DNA of 54,445 nucleotides from a virus (Duplodnaviria; Caudoviricetes): IMG/VR virus record IMGVR_UViG_3300037462_000386, positions 1 to 54,445 of that record; one strand, 5' to 3'. Shown piece by piece: positions 37,176 to 44,724 of this stretch (position 1 is its first letter; each line of letters starts with the position of its first letter). The notes under the pieces were generated by a model. It saw only the letters and a program-made list of their open reading frames with translations, ran no database searches and was not told where the DNA came from. The position numbers and the translations under genes were made by a program.

Positions 37176-37649
37176 ATGCCTACCACGATCGAGTCTACCG
37201 AATACCCGACTCTGCTCAATATCATCAATGGGACATACCGGGATGAGGTTGAGCAGATTTTGTCGGCCCAGCTCCAGGATGACGACAGCACTGTCGCGAT
37301 CGGGCTGGATGGGAAAAAGCAGGTAGCAGCGCTAATCACCGAAAACAGAATCAAGGTTCGCCTGCTTAATCCTGATGACATCGAGGGGGGCGCGGCGGAT
37401 TTTGCCGAAGGTGACGAAGCCGACACAGCCGACCAATACCGTGAGCAACTCCGCACCCAAGCGGGACCATTGATTGATGAGTGGGTCGGCAAAGTGAAAG
37501 CGCTACTGGACGAATCCGGCGACCTAGCATCCTTCTCGGAACGGCTGCTAGACCTATACCCCGACCTGGATGGGCAGCGGCTCAGGCGGATTATGTCCGA
37601 TGCAATGACCGCTGCCAGTATCGCTGGGTCACAGGAGAGTGCGAGTTGA
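37176..37649 (+). CDS. protein carrying the usual C-terminal segment of Mu-like portals
   Basis: DFAE..LASFSERLLDLYPDLD..MSDAMTAASIAG. Confidence 0.6.
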   Translation: MPTTIESTEYPTLLNIINGTYRDEVEQILSAQLQDDDSTVAIGLDGKKQVAALITENRIKVRLLNPDDIEGGAADFAEGDEADTADQYREQLRTQAGPLIDEWVGKVKALLDESGDLASFSERLLDLYPDLDGQRLRRIMSDAMTAASIAGSQESAS

Positions 37650-37737
37650 ACTATATTGATGGCAACTTGCAGCGCTCGATCTCGGAGGCCAATGCGTCTG
37701 CGGAAGATTGCGGCAAACAGAAGCTGAGGTTAATTTG

Positions 37738-38958
37738 ATGGCTGATTTCCCCTGGTCACAACTGCCGTTTGAAGGCGCGATCGAGTATTTTCGCGACAAG
37801 CGTAATATCGACGTTGATTCGTGGCGGGATGTCCAGGGGATTGAACATGATGCGGTGTTTGCGGTGGCTGGGGCGAAAGCGGCGCTGCTGCAAGATATTC
37901 GGGATGCCGTGGACAAGGCGATTTCTCAGGGCACCACATTGCAAACATTCCGCGAAGACTTTGACCGGATTGTCCAGGTGCGTGGCTGGAATTATGCGGG
38001 AGATCGGGACTGGCGGACCTACGCCATCTACGACACCAACATCCGCACCGCCTACGCCGCTGGCCGATGGGAACAGATTCAGCGCACCAAAACCACCCGG
38101 CCCTATCTGCAATGGCGACATGGCAGTAGCCGTGAGCCACGGCCACTGCACTTGGCCTTAGACCAGCAGGTGTTTGCCGTGGATGACCCGTTTTGGGAAA
38201 CCATGGGGAATCCACCAGTAGGATTTGGCTGTCGCTGCCAGGTATTTGCTCTGAATCAGCGGGATGTAGACAGGCTGGGTCTCAGCGTCGCCAAAGGCCC
38301 AGAGATTGGTTCCACATTAAAGGGGATTCCGGTCGCGCCTGACCCTGGCTGGGGTGGTGGCCATCGTCGCAGTACACCGGAGCGTCGTCGCCAGGTGTGG
38401 GTGGATGTGATTAAGCGAGTCAATCCATCGATCGGGGTGCAAGCCGAGCAGGAAGCACGGTTCGCCTCACTGCAACTGTCAAAATCCTTTGGCATCGCCG
38501 AACAGGCGCAGCTCCAAGCAATCCGCGATCTGCTACCGCAAATTGACGCTGTTGGCGAGGACTTGGCGCGGGCCGATGGCCTTTACGGCGTCATCCAGGA
38601 AATCAGCATGGAGTTCCCGGACTTGTTCCGTGGGTTGACCGATGGCCTGGGGGATTTGCAGGCATTGGCATTTGTCACGACCGATGCCGACGCATTGATT
38701 ATTAATCACATCACCAGCGCACCGTGGAATCTGCGTGGTACACCTGATGCAGGGAAGAAGGTTCCCCGATCGGGAACCCGCTTAATTGCGGAGTTGGCGC
38801 GGGAGAGCGCTGAGTTAGGATATGAGGGACGCATCCGGCTCAGCCCCAGCCCTGAAGTTATTGACTTCTATCAAAGCCTCGGGTTTGAGCTGCAAGACGA
38901 CAATCGCATGATGCTTAGCCCTGATTCAGCTCAACAACTCATCGAAAAATGGCTCTAA
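37738..38958 (+). CDS. MuF/gp7 minor head protein with C-terminal GNAT-like domain
   Basis: IYDTNIRTAYAAGRW..PRPLH..DDPFW..PPVGFGCRC; C-terminal SAPWN..SGTRLI..FYQSLGF. Confidence 0.85.
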   Translation: MADFPWSQLPFEGAIEYFRDKRNIDVDSWRDVQGIEHDAVFAVAGAKAALLQDIRDAVDKAISQGTTLQTFREDFDRIVQVRGWNYAGDRDWRTYAIYDTNIRTAYAAGRWEQIQRTKTTRPYLQWRHGSSREPRPLHLALDQQVFAVDDPFWETMGNPPVGFGCRCQVFALNQRDVDRLGLSVAKGPEIGSTLKGIPVAPDPGWGGGHRRSTPERRRQVWVDVIKRVNPSIGVQAEQEARFASLQLSKSFGIAEQAQLQAIRDLLPQIDAVGEDLARADGLYGVIQEISMEFPDLFRGLTDGLGDLQALAFVTTDADALIINHITSAPWNLRGTPDAGKKVPRSGTRLIAELARESAELGYEGRIRLSPSPEVIDFYQSLGFELQDDNRMMLSPDSAQQLIEKWL

Positions 38959-39122
38959 CACCAGAAGAGAAAGCGAAAATGGATGCCGCTGCCGATGCCC
39001 TGGGGCAAATGCCAGTGATGGCGACCGACGGTTCCACGATCGAAGACATTCGCAAAATCGTGGCGAAGATGCCGGAACCCCGTTTGACGCCACGGGCAAA
39101 GCCAGCCTCCGACAACCCGTAA
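38949..39122 (+). CDS. 57-aa ORF, candidate immunity/antitoxin (not in ORF track)
   Basis: MALTPEEKAKMDAAADALGQMPV..., overlaps the MuF stop. Confidence 0.55.
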   Translation: MALTPEEKAKMDAAADALGQMPVMATDGSTIEDIRKIVAKMPEPRLTPRAKPASDNP

Positions 39123-39154
39123 ATTTACGAGTTAAATCAACTCCCCCTAGCACG
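39113..39154 (+). repeat. dispersed motif, 42-bp long form
   Basis: CAACCCGTAAATTTACGAGTTAAATCAACTCCCCCTAGCACG, ends 4 nt before the next ATG. Confidence 0.9.
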
Positions 39155-39158
39155 CCGA

Positions 39159-39596
39159 ATGGCTCAATTCCTTGCCCTCGACTATGACGACACTGAGCTG
39201 CGGCGCACGATCGATGACATCAGCCGCAGACTCGGGGATCTACGTCCGGCTATGGCGGACATCGGCGAATACATGCTCCTGGCGACGCGGGGGCGGTTCG
39301 ATCGGCAGGAAGCCCCGGATGGGACAAGGTGGACACCGCTTCAACCCAGCTATGCCAAACGCAAGCGGCGGCAGAAGAGCGCACTGGCGGGCATCCTCAC
39401 ACTGACCGGGCAACTGCGCGATACCATCACCTACGAAGCGTTACCGAATGCCGTGGTGATTGGCAGCAACAAGATTTACGCCGCGACCCACCAATTAGGC
39501 CGAGCTGAAGCGAATATCCCGGCGCGACCATACCTGGGTGTGAGTGACGCCGATCGCGCCGAAATTACCGAGATATTGCGGGGCTACCTTGCCTGA
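39159..39596 (+). CDS. Mu G-like virion morphogenesis/tail completion protein
   Basis: RFDRQEAPDGTRW..LTLTGQLRDTI..YAATHQLG..IPARPYLG. Confidence 0.88.
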   Translation: MAQFLALDYDDTELRRTIDDISRRLGDLRPAMADIGEYMLLATRGRFDRQEAPDGTRWTPLQPSYAKRKRRQKSALAGILTLTGQLRDTITYEALPNAVVIGSNKIYAATHQLGRAEANIPARPYLGVSDADRAEITEILRGYLA

Positions 39597-39637
39597 ACCT
39601 ATCCGGGCTGGACTCGGTTTAATTGTGCGCTGAAGAT
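39594..39637 (+). promoter_or_regulatory. putative late promoter (copy 4)
   Basis: TGAACCTATCCGGGCTGG...GAAGAT at +38. Confidence 0.6.
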
Positions 39638-39664
39638 GGCAGGGTAACGCAGTATCGACGCACC

Positions 39665-40729
39665 ATGCCACTGCAAATCTTTACAGCCGGGAAACGTACC
39701 GACGCGAACGGGATCGAGGTGGATTTCAATGAAGCCACCTTGACCAAAGTCGCGGCGATTTACGATCCCGCATTGCACGAAGCGCCCTTTGTTTTGGGTC
39801 ACCCCAAGCATGACGACCCGGCCTATGGCTGGGCCGCTGCCCTCAGCGTCGAAGGGGCACGATTGTTTGCGGAGCCGAAGCAGGTTGACCCGCAGTTCGC
39901 CGAGTCGGTTGAGCTGGGGCGATTCAAGAAAGTCAGCGCCAGTTTTTATCTCCCAGGTTCTCCCCATCATCCCATCCCGGAATCCGACACGCCCTATCTG
40001 CGGCATGTCGGATTTCTTGGTGCAATGCCCCCCGCCGTCAAAGGCATGGCCCCGATCGAGTTCTCCGAGTCAGAGGAAGGCGTCTTTTTCTGCGAAATGG
40101 AATTCGAGATAGCTGACCTCGCCACGGCAATGGGCGATTTGCTCCAGGGGTTTCGGGATTGGCTGATTGACGAGAAAGACCTGGAAACCGCCGATCGGGT
40201 ACTTAGCTCCTGGTCGATCGATGCAGTCAAGCGTGCTGCTGCCAGATTAATGGCCAAAGCCTTTGACGAGACGGAACCCGTCGTAACCCCTATCTACAGC
40301 GAAGAACAGCCTATGAGTGACCCAACTTTGGAGGCACGGGAGCAAGCCCTTGCCGATCGCGAAGCAGCCCTGGTCGCGAAGGAGGCCGCGAATTTCTGTG
40401 ATTCGCTAATCCAGGAAGGCCGAGGGTATGTCGCGGGTGTACGGGATAAAGCGATCGCGCTTTTGACCACAGTGCCGGAATCCGATTCGGTTGAGTTTGC
40501 TGAAGGTGAAAGTGCATCGCCCCATCAGCTCGTCAAAGACATCCTTTCCGCCTTTCCGAAGGATGTGGTGTTCGCGGAAGTTGCCAAGCCGGATGCGACC
40601 CCTGCGTCCAAGGGCGATGGCGACCTGATGAAGATGGCCAAGAAAATCCAGAAAGAGAATGACGGTATGGCATGGCCTGAGGCCGTGCGGATGGCCGCGA
40701 AGGAACTCGGCATGAAAGAGGAGGCGTAA
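39665..40729 (+). CDS. Mu I-like prohead protease/scaffold
   Basis: EAPFVLGHPKHDDPAYGW..FKKVSASFY..YLRHVGFLGAMPPAVKG; possible internal scaffold start at 40313. Confidence 0.85.
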   Translation: MPLQIFTAGKRTDANGIEVDFNEATLTKVAAIYDPALHEAPFVLGHPKHDDPAYGWAAALSVEGARLFAEPKQVDPQFAESVELGRFKKVSASFYLPGSPHHPIPESDTPYLRHVGFLGAMPPAVKGMAPIEFSESEEGVFFCEMEFEIADLATAMGDLLQGFRDWLIDEKDLETADRVLSSWSIDAVKRAAARLMAKAFDETEPVVTPIYSEEQPMSDPTLEAREQALADREAALVAKEAANFCDSLIQEGRGYVAGVRDKAIALLTTVPESDSVEFAEGESASPHQLVKDILSAFPKDVVFAEVAKPDATPASKGDGDLMKMAKKIQKENDGMAWPEAVRMAAKELGMKEEA

Positions 40730-41092
40730 ATGTACGACAACCGACAAGTGATTTTGGGGGGCAACCCCACCACCACGATCGAGCCGTATCGCATCGTGGC
40801 CCATGGCACTAATGCCGGCGAAATCAAACGAGCGGGTGCAGGGGACGCCCCGATCGGGATTTCCAGTGATCGGGCAGCGGCGGCTACCGACGATCGCGCC
40901 GATTACGTCGCGATGGGGCCGCATAAGGCCCGCGTTGGTGCGGCTGCGGTATCCGCTGGAGTATGGCTGAAGCCGGATGCTAACGGCGCAGGGGTCGCTG
41001 CTGCGGCGACGGACGTCGCCATCTGCCGAACAATCAACGCTGCTGCGGCTGGCGAAGTGGTTGATGTGTTAGTCATGCCCTACAAGGTGTAA
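40730..41092 (+). CDS. capsid cement/decoration protein (DUF2190-like)
   Basis: Ala/Gly-rich, IEPYRIV..AAAAGEVVDV; between protease and MCP. Confidence 0.7.
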   Translation: MYDNRQVILGGNPTTTIEPYRIVAHGTNAGEIKRAGAGDAPIGISSDRAAAATDDRADYVAMGPHKARVGAAAVSAGVWLKPDANGAGVAAAATDVAICRTINAAAAGEVVDVLVMPYKV

Positions 41093-41098
41093 TGTCCT

Positions 41099-42100
41099 AT
41101 GGTCAAATTTGTCGAGAATCCCGTATGGTCGGGCATTTCTGAGGGGTACAAAAACCCCGAGTCAAACTACATCGCCGACAAGGTGCTGCCGATCGTACCC
41201 GTGGGGAGCGAACTTTTTTCGGCAGACTATTACCCGGTTGAGAGTCTGTTGGTCGCGCCGGAGAATGAAGTGGGGCGACTTGAGCGGCCACCGATGCTGG
41301 ACTTCGAGGCGAAGCAGCGTGAGTTCCGCACCAAGGACTACGCCTATGATGCGCCGCTGCCAAACTGGGACGTTGAGCGTGCAGAGCAGCAGCGACGCGG
41401 CCAAAACTCGAACTTCAACCCTGAGGATTATGTGGTTCAGGGCGTGACTGAGTTACACCAATTGCGCCGCGAAATCCGCGTCGCGAACCTGGTGTTTAAC
41501 AACGCCACATACCTGACCAATCAGCGCGAAACCTTGTCGGGCACAAGCCAATGGTCGGACACGACGTCCCGACCCGTTGATCAACTGATGGCGGCCTGCA
41601 ACAAGATGTTGATTCGGCCCAATAAGTTGGTGTTGAGCCGCGAGTCGTGGACGGCATTATCACGCCACCCACAGGTGGTGGAGGGTGTGAAGGGGACTGG
41701 CGCGCGCGAAGGGGTCGCTAGTCTTCAGCAGGTTCAGGAATTGCTGGAGATCCGCGAAATCTGCGTGGGCGACTCCTGGCGATCGGCTAGCGAAAAACAA
41801 GACCTGGAGCGTGCGACGGCGAACGTCAATCGTCTTTGGGGACCCCACGCGGCGCTGTTGCACGTCAACCCCAATGTCCGCACGACGACCGGGTCGAACC
41901 TGTACACGTTTGGCATGTCGGCGCGTTACGGCCAGCGTCGATCGGGTCGTATCCCTGACCCCGACATGGGTGCTCGCGGCGGCGAAAAAATCCGGGTACT
42001 GGAACACATGCTGGAAATCGTCTCCGCAAAATTCTGCGGTTACTTTTTCCAAAACGTGACCACGCCTGCTTCCACACTGTCGATCGATAACGTGATGTAA
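41099..42100 (+). CDS. major capsid protein
   Basis: GYKN..YIADKVLPIVPV..REIRVANLV..LSGTSQWSD..WTALSRHP; size and position. Confidence 0.85.
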   Translation: MVKFVENPVWSGISEGYKNPESNYIADKVLPIVPVGSELFSADYYPVESLLVAPENEVGRLERPPMLDFEAKQREFRTKDYAYDAPLPNWDVERAEQQRRGQNSNFNPEDYVVQGVTELHQLRREIRVANLVFNNATYLTNQRETLSGTSQWSDTTSRPVDQLMAACNKMLIRPNKLVLSRESWTALSRHPQVVEGVKGTGAREGVASLQQVQELLEIREICVGDSWRSASEKQDLERATANVNRLWGPHAALLHVNPNVRTTTGSNLYTFGMSARYGQRRSGRIPDPDMGARGGEKIRVLEHMLEIVSAKFCGYFFQNVTTPASTLSIDNVM

Positions 42101-42104
42101 AGCT

Positions 42105-42332
42105 ATGGCAGCAACAACGAAAACCGAACCAACGACCGAAGCTCCGTCCAAAACTTCTTCTAGCGCTGCGAAATACCGTCCCACCACCAACTGGAGGCAC
42201 GGGAAGCTGTTTCGTGAAGGGCAAATCTACGATCGGGCTGAGTTCGCTTACCCGGTCAAGGATGGCACTTACACGATCCCCCAGTCAGCGATCGACGAAG
42301 CCGTTGAAGCTGGCTACCTAGAGGTGGTCTAA
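42105..42332 (+). CDS. small head-associated protein
   Basis: position after MCP. Confidence 0.55.
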   Translation: MAATTKTEPTTEAPSKTSSSAAKYRPTTNWRHGKLFREGQIYDRAEFAYPVKDGTYTIPQSAIDEAVEAGYLEVV

Positions 42333-42761
42333 ATGGCCTACGCGACGATCGCCCAATTTGTCGAAGCGTTTGGCGAGGTTGAGGCAGTTGAACTGTCCAA
42401 CCTCGATGACGTTGAAGTGGTGGTGCGTCGCGACGAGATTTTGCAACGGGCCTTGGACGATGGGGCGGCGGAGATGGATAGCTATTTTTGGCGGTACAGT
42501 CTGCCACTGAGTAGCATCCCTCAACCCTGCATCGGCTGCAATCTCGACATTGCTCGTCACCGCCTCGATCGAGTGCGGGAACGGGAGGATGTGCGGGCGC
42601 GGTATGAGGACTGGCGCAAATGGCTGGAGCTGGTGGCGAAGGGGACAATCCGCCTAGGGGTAAGCGCGGCGGGCGACGCGGTGTCGCCGGAGACGGGGGG
42701 TGAGGTCTGGTCCACGCAGTCAGAACGTTTGTACACAAACGATACGTTGAGGGACTTTTGA
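42333..42761 (+). CDS. Mu gp36-like head-tail adaptor (DUF1320)
   Basis: MAYAT..ALDDGAAEMDSY..RYSLPL..DIARHRL..RYED..WLELVAKG. Confidence 0.88.
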   Translation: MAYATIAQFVEAFGEVEAVELSNLDDVEVVVRRDEILQRALDDGAAEMDSYFWRYSLPLSSIPQPCIGCNLDIARHRLDRVREREDVRARYEDWRKWLELVAKGTIRLGVSAAGDAVSPETGGEVWSTQSERLYTNDTLRDF

Positions 42762-42764
42762 GTC

Positions 42765-42950
42765 ATGAAGTACACGGTTTTGAAGCACTTGCACCATGAG
42801 GGGCGGGATTATCAGCCAGGGGGAGAGATTGATATTGATGGCCGCAAAGACGACCTGGAGAAGCGGTTAATCGGGCAGGGGGTGATCAAGTCTGTAGAAC
42901 AAACGGTGAAAGCGAAGGCTGGGGCCAAGGATGCTGCTACAGGAGGCTGA
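42765..42950 (+). CDS. small virion protein
   Basis: YTVLKHLHHEGRDYQPGGEI motif. Confidence 0.6.
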   Translation: MKYTVLKHLHHEGRDYQPGGEIDIDGRKDDLEKRLIGQGVIKSVEQTVKAKAGAKDAATGG

Positions 42951-43401
42951 ACAATCGATCGTCGATCGAATTGCGACGGCTCCCGAACGGCCTGAAATCC
43001 TCAGGGTCGTGGCATGGCCGGACAGTCCGTTGGAGTATGGCCGCGCCCAGATGCAGACCGGGATTTATGTGCGGTTTGCGGGGTTCCGGTTCCCCCCAGT
43101 GGAGGGGCAGCGTCAGCCCTACGTCCAGCGAGGAACGGCAAACTTTGAGATTCGGCTACTGCTCAAAGATCTGCGATCGCACGCCGGAGCCTACGAGTGG
43201 ATCGAGGCGGTCCACCGCCGACTGACGGGCTTTCGCCCCCCTGGCAATGACGCCTACAGTTTTGGCCTTCCGGGGCTTTGGTTGAGTGAGGTCTCGCTCG
43301 TCGATCGGTACAAAGAATCGAATCAGTGGGACTGGGGCGCAATCTTTTCAACTAACGTAATTTACGAGGGACACTATGGCGATCGCAATTGGATTGGGTA
43401 A
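42931..43401 (+). CDS. Mu gp37-like tail terminator
   Basis: EQSIVDRI..AYEWIEAVHRRLTGFRP. Confidence 0.7.
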   Translation: MLLQEAEQSIVDRIATAPERPEILRVVAWPDSPLEYGRAQMQTGIYVRFAGFRFPPVEGQRQPYVQRGTANFEIRLLLKDLRSHAGAYEWIEAVHRRLTGFRPPGNDAYSFGLPGLWLSEVSLVDRYKESNQWDWGAIFSTNVIYEGHYGDRNWIG

Positions 43402-44164
43402 TACCGGGATTCGGACCACCGATATTGCGGGTGGCCCGACAAATCAGAAGTTGCTGGACTACCCCACATTCAACTTCACCCTGGAGCAAGAGTCCCAGGA
43501 ACAAGAAGCCCTGCGCTACGTGGCGGGCAAGCACCAAGTTGAGGAGGCTTTTGAATCCTCCGTGACAACGACGCTGACGCTTTCCACAGAAATTCCGAAT
43601 TGGCCGACGATCGGGTTCGCCTTGGGGCAACTCGAACGGACGCTGACCAGTTTCACCGTCCCGACCGCAAAACAGGCTAACGTCCCAACGGGCACCACTG
43701 AGATTTCCGACCCGGCAATTACCGCAACCAGCGCCGCCAAGGCCTTGGCCTGTGTGCAGCGGAAAGGGACGTGGGGTGAAGCCGGACCGCTGACAACGGT
43801 AACGACCGCGCCCGCCAGCGCCAGCGAAGTGCAGTTTGATACCACGAACAACAAAATGGTGTTTCACTCCAGCTTGGCTGGCGCACCCATCCTGTACGTC
43901 CTGGATGTCGCGATCGCCAGCGCGGAAGGCTACGGTGGCCCAGGTACGCTGGCGAAGCTGGGTGAGATGGAGTTCTTTGGCGAAGTCTACACCAATTCCT
44001 CCACGGGGAGTGATGGTGGCATCATCTGGATTCCCCGGATTCAACGATCGGCCCGTCCGTCGATCGCCTTTACGGGCGACAAGGTGACTCTGGAGAACCA
44101 GTTCAAGTGTCTGGCGGTCTCCGGCTGGGAAGAACCCTACACCTGGGTTCGATCGGCGGCGTAA
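43376..44164 (+). CDS. major tail tube protein
   Basis: Thr/Gly-rich beta protein upstream of chaperone and TMP; no sheath gene seen. Confidence 0.65.
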   Translation: MAIAIGLGNTGIRTTDIAGGPTNQKLLDYPTFNFTLEQESQEQEALRYVAGKHQVEEAFESSVTTTLTLSTEIPNWPTIGFALGQLERTLTSFTVPTAKQANVPTGTTEISDPAITATSAAKALACVQRKGTWGEAGPLTTVTTAPASASEVQFDTTNNKMVFHSSLAGAPILYVLDVAIASAEGYGGPGTLAKLGEMEFFGEVYTNSSTGSDGGIIWIPRIQRSARPSIAFTGDKVTLENQFKCLAVSGWEEPYTWVRSAA

Positions 44165-44166
44165 TC

Positions 44167-44724
44167 ATGTTGAAAATCGACTTGCAGCGATATGAATTTG
44201 AAGGTGTGGATGGGACGATTCACACCTTCCCTGGCTGCTCGTTGGTTGGCCTGTTTGAATTCCAGGAGCGAATCGCGGAACTGCAACAACGCCTCCGGTC
44301 CGCCGCCGATGATTTAGACGTTGAGCAGTTTTACCGTAGTGACTTGGAATTTCGCCATGGGGTCGATCGGTGCCTACTCCTAAATGGCATCGCTCCGCAT
44401 TGGTGTAACTGGCAGATTGCCTCACAATTGCTATTCGCCCCTGGCCTGTTGATTGAGATTAACCAGCCCCCGCAAAAGGCCCGATCGACGGTGGATGCTG
44501 AACCAGGAACTTTGGCGGAGTTGATTGCCGGGATTGCCCAAGTGACTGGGATACAGGACGCGATCGAGCTTGCCAAAACGCAGCCGGCTAAATCCCTGCT
44601 GGAAATCATCGACGCCTACGCGGAGCAACAGAAGACCCCCGAGCAGAAGCAGAAAGAAGGTTTTGACGATTGGGCAGAGCGTAAGCGCAAACAGGCAGAG
44701 CAGCGACGACAGGCAGTGGGGTAA
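44167..44724 (+). CDS. tail assembly chaperone
   Basis: position between tube and TMP. Confidence 0.6.
   Translation: MLKIDLQRYEFEGVDGTIHTFPGCSLVGLFEFQERIAELQQRLRSAADDLDVEQFYRSDLEFRHGVDRCLLLNGIAPHWCNWQIASQLLFAPGLLIEINQPPQKARSTVDAEPGTLAELIAGIAQVTGIQDAIELAKTQPAKSLLEIIDAYAEQQKTPEQKQKEGFDDWAERKRKQAEQRRQAVG

Noticed and set aside
44167-44724. tail chaperone G/GT frameshift
   Set aside because: A single ORF fills the space up to the TMP; no second frame is needed
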